DNA of 64,000 nucleotides, taken from NCBI RefSeq assembly GCF_009659535.1, contig NZ_VJZZ01000008.1:1-64000 (forward strand), given 5' to 3'. Positions 1-8,995 of this stretch are shown here, in pieces. A program made the translations under genes and the position numbers. The notes under the pieces are model-generated. The model had not been told where the DNA came from and searched no databases. It worked only from the letters and a program-made list of their open reading frames with translations. This DNA is from Aggregicoccus sp. 17bor-14. Its GTDB lineage: Bacteria > Myxococcota > Myxococcia > Myxococcales > Myxococcaceae. Each line of letters begins with the position of its first letter. Within the stretch, counting starts at the first letter, position 1.

Positions 1-120
1 GAGTTGCCCGAGCGCAGCTTCAGCACCCTCGACGAACTGCTCGCGGCGGTGCGGCGCGCACTGCGCCGCCACCACCTACGCCTGCGCTACCCTGGACAAC
101 ATCCGTGTCCGGGCGCTTAG
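1..120 (+). CDS. 3' end (C-terminal 39 aa) of an unidentified protein, partial
   Basis: Open frame from window edge to TAG at 118-120; no recognisable motif. Confidence 0.3.
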   Translation, partial: ELPERSFSTLDELLAAVRRALRRHHLRLRYPGQHPCPGA

Positions 121-144
121 GCGCCCCGCCCCGCGCCCCCCTTC

Positions 145-1044
145 TCAGTCCCGCAGGAGGTACTGCAGGTCGAGGGTGAAGAAGGCCGGCGTCCAGTCCG
201 GGTCCTCGATGAAGTTGCGCACGTAGACCAGGCGTCCCGCGTCCCAGAGGACGGTGGGGCTGTAGTCATCCGCGCCGGAGTTCACGCAGGGCCCGAGGTT
301 GCGCGCGGGCTCGAAGTCACCGCGGCGCGCGTGGCTCGCGTACAGGTCGCCGTAGCCGTGCGAGTCGGGACGGCTCAGCGAGGTGAAGACGAGCGTGCGG
401 CCGTCCGGAGAGATCTGCGGGTTGTACTCCCAGTAGTCCGGCGTGTTGACCCCACCGCCCACCTTCTCGGCCGGGCGGAAGTCTCCGTCCCAGCGGCGCT
501 CCGCCCGGTAGATGTCCCACTGGTCGTTGTCGCGGTTGCTCGCGAAATAGAGCGTCCCGGCGCGATCGAAGCTCGAGGACAGCTCCATGCTCGGGCTGTT
601 CACGTCCCCCTCCAGGTGCACGGGCTTCTCCCAGCCGCGCCGGCTGTAGCGCACCATCCACAGGTCGAAGTCCGCCTTCTCCTCGCCGGGATGCGTGGGA
701 CGCATCGAGTTGAAGTAGAGGGTCCCCCCATCCGGAGCGAAGGTCGGGTCCGTGTCCAGGTACGTGCCGCTGAACGGCAGCACCTCGGGCTCGCTCCAGG
801 CGGCGCCGCGCCAGTACGAGATGTACAGGGTCAGCAGGAAGCCGTTGGCCGGGTCTTGGGCCGACCACACCGCGACCCGGCGGTCCTCCGAGAAGGTGAT
901 GTGCCCCGCATAGACGCCGGGGCGCGAGATCGTCCCGTCACCGAACTTCTCGATGGCCGGGCAGCCGCGGAGCGGTGCGGCGGCGTGGGCGGTGGCACAG
1001 AAGGCCAGTGAGGCGGCAGACAAGAGACCGAGGAAGCGAGGCAT
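145..1044 (-). CDS. Periplasmic TolB-like WD40/PD40 beta-propeller repeat protein
   Basis: Signal peptide MPRFLGLLSAASLAFCATAHA; repeated PD40-like motifs (SPDG, TLYF/LVFTS, D-D-W); start moved to internal ATG 1044 to begin at the signal peptide. Confidence 0.55.
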   Translation of the reverse strand: MPRFLGLLSAASLAFCATAHAAAPLRGCPAIEKFGDGTISRPGVYAGHITFSEDRRVAVWSAQDPANGFLLTLYISYWRGAAWSEPEVLPFSGTYLDTDPTFAPDGGTLYFNSMRPTHPGEEKADFDLWMVRYSRRGWEKPVHLEGDVNSPSMELSSSFDRAGTLYFASNRDNDQWDIYRAERRWDGDFRPAEKVGGGVNTPDYWEYNPQISPDGRTLVFTSLSRPDSHGYGDLYASHARRGDFEPARNLGPCVNSGADDYSPTVLWDAGRLVYVRNFIEDPDWTPAFFTLDLQYLLRD

Positions 1045-1200
1045 GGACCCCTCCGTTGACGTGGGACTGCGGGGCCACGGTCTCCCGGTTCGCGGCGTGC
1101 GCTCCACCGCCAAGGGATGAAGTTCCGGCGCGCTGGGACGAACGCACCTCCGCGCGGGACCAACGCCACGGCAGGGACTCGCTGCAACGACCTCGGGCGC

Positions 1201-1980
1201 TCAGCGCTGCGCGGCGCGGACGAACTCGGCCACGGCCTGCAGGGCCTCCCCAGAAGCGCGCAGCATTCCCGCGTGCAGCTGGAAGACGTGCCAGAGGCCT
1301 TCGTACACCTCCAGCCGGACGCTCACACCCGCTGCCTCGGCACGGGCGGCGAGCTGCTGCACCTGAGGAAGGAGCAGCTCGTCGGTGCCCACCTGCACCA
1401 GCAGCGGAGGCAGACCGCGCAGGTCCGCGAAGAGGGGCGAGGCCAGCGGGTGCGCTGCCGGCTGCCCCGCGAGGTACGCCGCCGCGGAGGCGCGGATCCA
1501 CGCCGGGTCGAGCATCGCCTCGCCCGCGGGCGCGGCTGCGGGCAGGTGCGCGATCTCCAGATTCACCCACGGCGAGAAGAGGACGAGGCACTGCGGCAGG
1601 GACTCGCCCAGCTCGCGCAGTCGAAGCGCGGTCGCCAGCGCGAGCCCTCCGCCGGCGGAGTCCCCGGCGATGCAGAGCGGGCGCTGCGGAGCGCTCGCTC
1701 GCAGCACGCGGTACGCGGCAACAGCGTCCTCGAGTGCGGCGGGGAAGGGATGCTCGGGCGCGAGGCGGTAGTCCAGCGCGAGCACCTCCGCGTCGCAGCG
1801 CACCGCGAGCTGCGTGGTGATGGCGCGATGGGTGCGCGCGGCGCCGGAGACGTAGGCTCCGCCGTGCAGGTAGAGCAGCGAGCGCGCAGGGGGTCCCCGC
1901 GGCAGGACGCGCTCTCCCCTCTCCTCACGCAGGACGCGCGCGCCCGCAGCAGGCAGTGTGAGGCGGGCCATCGCCCCCAT
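1201..1980 (-). CDS. Alpha/beta-hydrolase fold-3 esterase/lipase
   Basis: HGGAY oxyanion motif, GDSAGG nucleophile elbow, C-terminal His region; start trimmed to ATG 1980 (long upstream extension is a GC artefact). Confidence 0.7.
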   Translation of the reverse strand: MGAMARLTLPAAGARVLREERGERVLPRGPPARSLLYLHGGAYVSGAARTHRAITTQLAVRCDAEVLALDYRLAPEHPFPAALEDAVAAYRVLRASAPQRPLCIAGDSAGGGLALATALRLRELGESLPQCLVLFSPWVNLEIAHLPAAAPAGEAMLDPAWIRASAAAYLAGQPAAHPLASPLFADLRGLPPLLVQVGTDELLLPQVQQLAARAEAAGVSVRLEVYEGLWHVFQLHAGMLRASGEALQAVAEFVRAAQR

Positions 1981-2096
1981 CCACCGGCGCTGCCACCGCA
2001 CCGGCACGCGCGGATGCAGCGCCGGCCTGAGCAGGCCCCGGAGCAGTGTGCGCAGCACGCGCGCGAGCAGCCGCTGCGCGAGCCCCTCGGGCCCTT

Positions 2097-3557
2097 TCAC
2101 GTGGCCTCGTAGTGCTCGAGCTTCGGCGCGCGCGTCTGCTGGCGGTAGCGGAAGGTGAAGCCGGGCCAGTTGTTGGTGTTCTTGCCCTCCGCCGTCTTGT
2201 ACCAGCTCGTGCAGTCCGCGCCCCACACCGAGTGCGCGAGCCCCCGCTGCAGCCGCACGTTGAAGTCGCGCTGCACCTCGGGGCGCACGTCGAGCGAGCG
2301 CAGCCCGCGCTGCTGCAGCGCGCGGATGCAGCCGAGCACGTAGCGCACCTGGCTCTCCAGCATGAAGACGATGGAGTTGTGGCCGAGGTTGGTATTGGGC
2401 CCGTAGAGGAGGAAGAGATTCGGAAAGCCGGAGACGCTGATGCCCAGGTAGGCCTCGGCACCCTCGCGCCAGGCGGCGTTGAGCTCCTTCCCCTCCAGCC
2501 CGGTGATGCGCATGGGGGCGAGGAAGTCGGTCGCCTGGAAGCCGGTGCCGAAGATGAGCGCGTCCACGGTGCGCTCGCGCCCGTCCTCGGTGACGATGCC
2601 GTGCGCCGTCACCTCGCGGATGCCGTCCGTCACCAGCTCCACGTTGGGGCGGTTGAGCGCCGGGAGGTAGTCGTTGGTGAGCAGCACGCGCTTGCAGCCG
2701 ATGGGGTCCGCGGGAGTGAGGGCCGCACGCAGCTGCGCGTCGGGGACCTCGCGCGCGAGGCGCTTGCGAAAGCCGCGCTCCAGCCACGCGCGCACCCAGC
2801 CCGGGCCCTGGAAGGCCACCACCCGCGACTCGTGGCTCCAGTACTGCGCCCAGCGGCTGAGCGCCTGCGCCCCCGGGACGCGCGCGTACAGGGCCCGCTC
2901 GGTGGCGGAGTAGGCGCGGTCCGGCTTGGGGATGACGTACGCGGGCGAGCGCTGGAACACGTGCAGCTGCGCCACGCGCGGGGCGATCTGCGGCACGAAC
3001 TGAATGGCGCTCGCGCCGGTGCCGACGACCGCCACCCGCTTGCCCTCCAGCGGGTAGCTGTGATCCCACCGGGCCGAGTGGAAGCGCGTGCCCTCGAAAC
3101 GCTCGAGCCCCGCGAGCCGCGGGTACGCGGGGCGGTTGAGCTGGCCGCACGCGGACACCAGCACCCGCGCCGCGAGCGTGCGCCCTCCCTGCAGCGAGAG
3201 GCGCCACAGGCCGGCCTCGGCGTCGAAGCTCGCTCCCGTCACCTCGGTGCGCAGGTGCACGTGACGCCGCACGCCGAATCGCTCCGCGCAGTCCCGCAGG
3301 TAGACGAGGATCTCCTCCTGCGGGGCATAGCGCCGCGACCACTCCGCCTTCGGCGCGAAGGAGAACGAGTACAGGTGCGAGGGCACGTCGCAGGCGGCGC
3401 CCGGGTACGTGTTGTCCCGCCAGCAGCCGCCGAGCGCCTCCTCCTTCTCGAGGACCACGAAGTCCTCGAGGCCCTCCTGGCGCAGGCGGATGGCCATGCA
3501 GAGGCCGCCGAAGCCGCTGCCGATGATGGCGACCTGTACCTGCTGCGGGAGCTCCAC
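2097..3557 (-). CDS. Flavin-dependent Baeyer-Villiger monooxygenase (type I BVMO/FMO family)
   Basis: Two Rossmann motifs GSGFGG and GTGASA; BVMO fingerprint FEGTRFHSARWD (FxGxxxHxxxW[P/D]). Confidence 0.75.
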   Translation of the reverse strand: MELPQQVQVAIIGSGFGGLCMAIRLRQEGLEDFVVLEKEEALGGCWRDNTYPGAACDVPSHLYSFSFAPKAEWSRRYAPQEEILVYLRDCAERFGVRRHVHLRTEVTGASFDAEAGLWRLSLQGGRTLAARVLVSACGQLNRPAYPRLAGLERFEGTRFHSARWDHSYPLEGKRVAVVGTGASAIQFVPQIAPRVAQLHVFQRSPAYVIPKPDRAYSATERALYARVPGAQALSRWAQYWSHESRVVAFQGPGWVRAWLERGFRKRLAREVPDAQLRAALTPADPIGCKRVLLTNDYLPALNRPNVELVTDGIREVTAHGIVTEDGRERTVDALIFGTGFQATDFLAPMRITGLEGKELNAAWREGAEAYLGISVSGFPNLFLLYGPNTNLGHNSIVFMLESQVRYVLGCIRALQQRGLRSLDVRPEVQRDFNVRLQRGLAHSVWGADCTSWYKTAEGKNTNNWPGFTFRYRQQTRAPKLEHYEAT

Positions 3558-3561
3558 GGGC

Positions 3562-5715
3562 CTAGGCCGCGTCCTCGAAGCGGCCGCCGGTCTCCGCCTG
3601 CTTCACCACGATCGCCGCGGGCTCGAAGCGCGCCCCGTAGCGCCGCGCCAGCTCGCGCGAGCGCTCGACGAAGCGCTGGGCGCCTACGGAGTTGATGAAC
3701 TGCAGCGCGCCGCCCTGGAAGGGCGCGAAGCCCCAACCGAAGATGGAGCCGATGTTGCCGTCCGCGACCGATCGCAGCACGCCCTCCTCGAGGCAGCGGG
3801 CCGCCTCGTTCGCCTGGGCGTACATCAGCCGGTCGATGAGCTCCGCCTGGGCGGGCTGCTGCGCTGCGGGCGGGAAGAGCCGGGTGAGCTCCGGCCAGAG
3901 AGCCTTCTCCTTGCCCTCGTAGTCGTAGAAGCCCTTCCCTGCCTTGCGGCCCACGCGCCCGTGGGTCGCGCCCACGGCGCGCAGCGGCCCCTCACCGGGG
4001 TGCTCCGGCGCGCGCTTGCCCTCGGCCTCGAGGTCCTTACGGGTCTGCTCGCCGATGTGCAGCGAGAGGCTGAGCGACACCTCGTCCTGCAGCGCGAGCG
4101 GCGGCATCGGCATGCCTGCCTTCAGCCCCGCCATCTCGATGGAACGCGGGTGCACGCCCTCGCCCAGCATCGCCATGCCCTCCATGAGGTAGGTGGCGAA
4201 GACGCGCGAGGTGTAGAAGCCGCGCGAGTCGTTCACGACGATGGGCGTCTTGCCGATCTGCAGCACGTAGTCGAAGCCGCGCGCGAGCGTGGCGTCGCTC
4301 GTGCGCTCGCCCATGATGATCTCCACCAACTGCATCTTGTCGACGGGCGAGAAGAAGTGCAGGCCGATGAAGCTCTCCGGACGGGCGCTCGCCTGCGCGA
4401 GGCCCGTGATGGGCAGCGTGGAGGTGTTCGACGCGTACACCGCGCCGGAGGGGATGACCGCCTCCGCCTTGCGGGTGCACTCCGCCTTGATGCTGCGGTC
4501 CTCGAACACCGCCTCGATGACCAGGTCGCAGCCCTCGAGGTCCTCGTAGCGCGTCGTCGTCTTGATGCGGGCGAGCAGCGCATCGCGCTTCGCCTCCGTG
4601 CTCTTGCCGCGGCTCACCGCCTTGTCGAGCAGGCCCTTCGAGTAGCCCTTGCCGCGCTCGGCGTTCTCGAGGCTGGTGTCGAGCAGCACCACGTCGATGC
4701 CCGCCTTCGCGCTCACGTACGCGATGCCCGCGCCCATCATGCCGGCGCCAAGGATGCCCACCTTGCGCACGGGGTTGACGGGCACATCCTTCGGGCGCGA
4801 CTGGCCCTTCTTGAGGGCGTTGAGCTGGTACCACAGCGTGCCGATCATGTTGCGCGACTGCTGCGACATGACACAGGCGGCGAAGTAGCGGCTCTCCACC
4901 TTCAGCGCGTTGTCGATGTCCATCAGCCCGCCCTCGAAGACGCTCGAGAGGATGTGCGTGATGGCCGGGTAGTTGCCGTGGCTCTTGGCGTTCGCCACCG
5001 AGGGGGCAATGGCCCACAGCTGCGCGATCGCCGGGTGCTTCGAGTCCCCGCCGGGGAAGCGGAAGCCGGAGGTGTCCCAGGGCTGCTTGGGGCTGGGATT
5101 CGCCAGCGCCCACGCGCGCGCCTGGGCGATCAGCTCCTCACGCGTGGAGGCGAGGCCGTTCACCAGCCCCAGCTCCTTCGCCTTCTGCGCGGAGAGCTCG
5201 TCCCCCTGGGTGATGAGCTCGAGCGCCTTCTGGATGCCCACCATGCGCGGCAGGCGCTGGGTGCCGCCGCCGCCGGGCAGCAGGCCCAGCTTCACCTCGG
5301 GCAGGCCGAGCTTGAGCTTGGGGTCGTCCAGCGCGAAGCGCGCGTGGCAGGCGAGCGCGACCTCGAGGCCGCCGCCCAGCGCGGTGCCGTTGAGGGCCGC
5401 GACCACCGGCTTGCCGCTCTTCTCCAGGCGGCGCAGCAGCCCCTTGAGCTGCTCGCACAGCGCGAAGGCCTCCTCGGCGCTCTGGATGCGCGCGAGCTGG
5501 TCGATGTCCGCGCCCACGATGAACTGGGGCTTGGCGGAGGTGAGGACGAGGCCCTTGAGCTCCGCGTCCTTCTCCAGGCGCTCGACGAGCGCCGAGAGCG
5601 GCTCGAGCAGCGAGGGGTTGAGGACGTTCATTGCCCGGCCGGGCTGGTCGAAGGTGACCAGGCCCAGGCCCTGGGCATCCACGTCGATCGTCACGGCAGT
5701 CTGGGTGTGGCTCAT
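3562..5715 (-). CDS. fadB: Fatty-acid oxidation complex alpha subunit (enoyl-CoA hydratase/3-hydroxyacyl-CoA dehydrogenase)
   Basis: N-terminal crotonase fold, central GAGMMGAGIA NAD-binding motif, 717 aa; start ATG 5715 (MSHTQTAV) 15 nt after fadA stop. Confidence 0.85.
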   Translation of the reverse strand: MSHTQTAVTIDVDAQGLGLVTFDQPGRAMNVLNPSLLEPLSALVERLEKDAELKGLVLTSAKPQFIVGADIDQLARIQSAEEAFALCEQLKGLLRRLEKSGKPVVAALNGTALGGGLEVALACHARFALDDPKLKLGLPEVKLGLLPGGGGTQRLPRMVGIQKALELITQGDELSAQKAKELGLVNGLASTREELIAQARAWALANPSPKQPWDTSGFRFPGGDSKHPAIAQLWAIAPSVANAKSHGNYPAITHILSSVFEGGLMDIDNALKVESRYFAACVMSQQSRNMIGTLWYQLNALKKGQSRPKDVPVNPVRKVGILGAGMMGAGIAYVSAKAGIDVVLLDTSLENAERGKGYSKGLLDKAVSRGKSTEAKRDALLARIKTTTRYEDLEGCDLVIEAVFEDRSIKAECTRKAEAVIPSGAVYASNTSTLPITGLAQASARPESFIGLHFFSPVDKMQLVEIIMGERTSDATLARGFDYVLQIGKTPIVVNDSRGFYTSRVFATYLMEGMAMLGEGVHPRSIEMAGLKAGMPMPPLALQDEVSLSLSLHIGEQTRKDLEAEGKRAPEHPGEGPLRAVGATHGRVGRKAGKGFYDYEGKEKALWPELTRLFPPAAQQPAQAELIDRLMYAQANEAARCLEEGVLRSVADGNIGSIFGWGFAPFQGGALQFINSVGAQRFVERSRELARRYGARFEPAAIVVKQAETGGRFEDAA

Positions 5716-5729
5716 GGTCGTTGTCCCCT

Positions 5730-6935
5730 TCAGACCCGCTCGATGATGGTGGCGATGCCCATGCCGCCGCCGACGCACAGCGTGGCGAGGCCGGTGCCCT
5801 GGCCGCTGCGCTCCAGCTCGTCCAGCAGCGTGCCGAGGATGATGGCGCCGGTGGCCCCGAGCGGGTGCCCCATGGCGATGGAGCCGCCGTTCACGTTCAC
5901 CTTCTCCAGCGGCACGCCGAGGTCGCGCGCCGTCTTGAGGGGCACGGTCGCGAAGGCCTCGTTGATCTCGTACAGGTCGATGTCGCCCGGCGTCATCCCG
6001 AGCTTGCCCAGCGCCTTGCGGCAGGCGGGCGTGGGGCCGGTGAGCATGATGGTGGGCTCGGAGCCGGTGACGGCGCACATGCGCACGCGGGCCCGCGGCT
6101 TGAGGCCCGCGCGAGCGCCCGCGTCCTTGCTGCCGAGCAACACCAGCGCCGCCCCGTCCACGATGCCCGACGAGTTGCCCGCGTGGTGCACGTGCTGGAT
6201 GCGCTCCACGGTCGTGTACTTGCCGAGCGCGGTGGCGTCGAAGCCCATCTGCCCCATCGCCTCGAAGGAGGGGCTGAGCTTCGCGAGCGACTGCACGCTG
6301 GTGCCCGGGCGGATGGTCTCGTCCTCGGAGAGCAGCGTCATGCCGTTGAGATCCTTCACCGGCACCACGGAGCTCTTGAACAGGCCCGCGGCGCGCGCGC
6401 GGGCGGCCCGCTCGTGCGAGCGCGCCGCGTACGCGTCCAGCTCCTCGCGGCCGAAGCCCTCGAGCGTGGCGATGAGGTCCGCGCTGATGCCCTGGGGAAT
6501 GAAGCCGAGCGCAGTGTTCACGCGCGGGTCCATGGCCCACGCGCCGCCGTCCGAGCCCATGGGCCAGCGGCTCATCGACTCGACGCCGCCCGCGACGACG
6601 AGGCTCTCCATGCCGCTCGCCACCTTCGCTGCGGCGAGGTTCACGGCCTCGAGCCCCGAGGCGCAGAAGCGCGAGAGCGTCACGCCCGCCACCGACTCGT
6701 GCCAGCCCGCGTCCAGCACGGCGGTGCGCGCGATGTCCGCGCCCTGCTCGCCCACCGGCGTCACGCAGCCGAGCACCACGTCGTCCACCTGGGAGGTGTC
6801 CAACGCGTGGCGCTGCTGCAGCGCCTGCAGCAGCGTGCGCAGCAGCCACACCGGCGTCGCCTGGTGCAGGCTGCCGTCCTTCTTGCCCTTGCCGCGCGGA
6901 GTGCGCACGGCGTCGTAGATGTAGATGTCGTTCAT
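5730..6935 (-). CDS. fadA: 3-ketoacyl-CoA thiolase
   Basis: [17 protein letters not shown]-terminus, active-site Cys region [11 protein letters not shown]-terminal CVGGGMG. Confidence 0.85.
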   Translation of the reverse strand: MNDIYIYDAVRTPRGKGKKDGSLHQATPVWLLRTLLQALQQRHALDTSQVDDVVLGCVTPVGEQGADIARTAVLDAGWHESVAGVTLSRFCASGLEAVNLAAAKVASGMESLVVAGGVESMSRWPMGSDGGAWAMDPRVNTALGFIPQGISADLIATLEGFGREELDAYAARSHERAARARAAGLFKSSVVPVKDLNGMTLLSEDETIRPGTSVQSLAKLSPSFEAMGQMGFDATALGKYTTVERIQHVHHAGNSSGIVDGAALVLLGSKDAGARAGLKPRARVRMCAVTGSEPTIMLTGPTPACRKALGKLGMTPGDIDLYEINEAFATVPLKTARDLGVPLEKVNVNGGSIAMGHPLGATGAIILGTLLDELERSGQGTGLATLCVGGGMGIATIIERV

Positions 6936-6959
6936 ATGGGGGCTCCGAGGGGGGTGCTG

Positions 6960-8114
6960 CTAGAGGAAGCGCGAGGCGAGCTCCTTCATGATCTCATTGG
7001 TCCCGCCGTAGATGCGCTGCACGCGCGCATCCGTCCACAGGCGGGCGATGAGGTACTCCTTCATGTAGCCGTAGCCGCCGAACAGCTGCAGGCACTCGTC
7101 GATGACCCGGAACTGCTGCTCGGTCACCCAGTACTTCACGAGCGCGGCCTGCTCCACGCCGAGCTGGCCCTGCAGGTGCGCCGCGATGGCGCCGTCCACC
7201 ATCGCGCGCGCGGCCAGCACGGTGGCCTGGCACTCGGCGAGCTTGAAGCGCGTGTTCTGGAACGCGAACACCGGCTTGCCGAAGGCGGTGCGCTCCTTGG
7301 TGTAGGCCACCGTCTCCTGCACGGCGAGCTCCATCGCGGCGATGCCGGCGAGCGCGACGATGAGCCGCTCCTGCGGCAGCTGCTCCATCAGCTGCACGAA
7401 GCCCTGCCCTTCCTCGGCGCCGAGCAGGTGGGCCGCGGGGACGCGCACGTCCTCGAAGAACAGCTCCGCGGTGTCCTGAGACTCCATGCCGATCTTCTCG
7501 AGGTGGCGCCCGCGGCGGAAGCCCTCGGCCCCGTCCGTCTCCACCACCAGCAGCGAGATGCCATGCGCGCCCTGCGCCTTGTCCGTTTTGCACGCGACGA
7601 TGACCAGGTTGCCCAGCTGCCCGTTGGTGATGAAGGTCTTCGCGCCGTTGAGCCGGTAGAAGTCGCCCTCGCGCAGCGCCGTCGTGCGGATGCCCTGCAG
7701 GTCCGAGCCCGTGCCCGGCTCGGTCATCGCGATGGCGCCCACCAGCTCGCCCGACGCGAGCTTGGGAAGCCAGCGCTTCTTCTGCGACTCGGTGCCGTAG
7801 TGCGAGATGTACGGCGCCACGATGCCCGAGTGCAGCGAGCCACCGAAGCCGCTGATGCCGGCGGCTCCTTGCGCGAGGATGAGCGCCGCCTCGTGGCCGA
7901 AGTCCCCGCCGCCCCCGCCGTACTCCGCCGCGGTGGACGCGCAGAGGAAGCCCTGCGCGCCCGCCTCGCGCCAGGCCTCGCGGTCCAGGCTCCCCTGTGC
8001 GCGCCAGGCCGCATCCCGCGGCGCCCACTGCTCCTTGAAGAAGCGCGTGGCCGTCTCGAGGATCATCCGGTGCTCGTCGGTCATCCAGCTGGAGGCGAAG
8101 CTGCTGATGGGCAT
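6960..8114 (-). CDS. Acyl-CoA dehydrogenase
   Basis: ACAD fold motifs (AMTEPGTGSD, YGGYGY C-terminal); start trimmed to ATG 8114. Confidence 0.8.
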   Translation of the reverse strand: MPISSFASSWMTDEHRMILETATRFFKEQWAPRDAAWRAQGSLDREAWREAGAQGFLCASTAAEYGGGGGDFGHEAALILAQGAAGISGFGGSLHSGIVAPYISHYGTESQKKRWLPKLASGELVGAIAMTEPGTGSDLQGIRTTALREGDFYRLNGAKTFITNGQLGNLVIVACKTDKAQGAHGISLLVVETDGAEGFRRGRHLEKIGMESQDTAELFFEDVRVPAAHLLGAEEGQGFVQLMEQLPQERLIVALAGIAAMELAVQETVAYTKERTAFGKPVFAFQNTRFKLAECQATVLAARAMVDGAIAAHLQGQLGVEQAALVKYWVTEQQFRVIDECLQLFGGYGYMKEYLIARLWTDARVQRIYGGTNEIMKELASRFL

Positions 8115-8126
8115 GGGGCTCTCTTC

Positions 8127-8142
8127 GGTAATCTTGATTACC
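8127..8142. promoter_or_regulatory. Perfect 16-bp palindrome GGTAATCTTGATTACC (putative TetR operator 1)
   Basis: Read directly; lies 13 nt upstream of the ACAD start in the divergent intergenic region. Confidence 0.5.
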
Positions 8143-8238
8143 GCAGTGGCGGCGTGACGCAGCGCGATGTGCATGCTGGCGGGCGGCGCTCCCCGCGTCA
8201 AGCCGCGCTGCTCGCAATGGCACTCGGAGTCGGAATAT

Positions 8239-8254
8239 GGTAATCCAGATTACC
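8239..8254. promoter_or_regulatory. Perfect 16-bp palindrome GGTAATCCAGATTACC (putative TetR operator 2)
   Basis: Second copy of the same half-sites (GGTAATC/GATTACC) 15 nt upstream of the TetR start. Confidence 0.5.
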
Positions 8255-8268
8255 ACCGGAAGACCCAC

Positions 8269-8904
8269 ATGCCCTCTCGCGCACACCGCCCCACTCCCCC
8301 GCCCGACCGCCGCGCCGCCCTGGCCGAGATGCGCCCGGACGCCCTGCGCCGCGTGGAAGAGGCGGTGCTCGCGCTGTTCTCGAGCCGCGACTTCCACGAC
8401 GTGGGCCTGGTGGAGGTGGCGCGCGCGGCGAACGTGAGCCTGCAGACGCTCTACAAGTACTTCGGCGGCAAGGAGGAGCTGGTCTACGCGGTGCTGGACA
8501 TCGCGCTGGGCCGCCTTGCCGAGCGCATGGTGGATCACCTGCAGGGCATCGACGAGCCGCGCGAGCGCCTGCGCAAGACCTGCTGGGTGACGCTGGACTT
8601 CATGGACAAGCACCCCGCCGCGATGATGCTCCTGTCCAACGCGGTGCCGGCCTCGCGCTACGGCAACATCCGCAGCTACGAGAGCCCGGAGCTGATGGGG
8701 GCGTTCCGCGGCGTGCTCGAGGACGGCCAGCGGCGCGGCGTGCTCAACGACCGGGTCTCGAGCAAGGTGCTGCTGGACGTGTTCATGGGGGTCATCGGCC
8801 GGGTGGTGTTGATGCACATCGTGCGGCGCGAGAAGCGCCCGCTCATCGAGCAGTTCGACGCGCTCTTCGACATCCTCTGGCGCGCGATGTCCCGGCCGGC
8901 GTGA
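8269..8904 (+). CDS. TetR/AcrR-family transcriptional regulator
   Basis: N-terminal helix-turn-helix (VGLVEVARAANVSLQTLYKYFGGKEEL); divergent from the beta-oxidation operon; start set to ATG 8269. Confidence 0.75.
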   Translation: MPSRAHRPTPPPDRRAALAEMRPDALRRVEEAVLALFSSRDFHDVGLVEVARAANVSLQTLYKYFGGKEELVYAVLDIALGRLAERMVDHLQGIDEPRERLRKTCWVTLDFMDKHPAAMMLLSNAVPASRYGNIRSYESPELMGAFRGVLEDGQRRGVLNDRVSSKVLLDVFMGVIGRVVLMHIVRREKRPLIEQFDALFDILWRAMSRPA

Positions 8905-8995
8905 GGCACGCGGGAGAACGACAGACCGCGCGCTGCGGGGTGGACTTCGCGGACGCGCTGACGCGAGAGTGGCCGCTCCGCACCGCGGAGCTCCC

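Noticed and set aside
1201-3342. 713-aa ORF suggesting a giant esterase fusion
   Set aside because: Only the C-terminal 259 aa has alpha/beta-hydrolase motifs. The upstream portion is an out-of-frame overlap of the BVMO gene and is low-complexity.
3409-8243. Long plus-strand ORFs (3409..6918, 5721..8243) antisense to fadB, fadA and the ACAD gene
   Set aside because: No motifs and extreme Arg/Ala bias. The opposite strand encodes unmistakable FadA/FadB/ACAD proteins.
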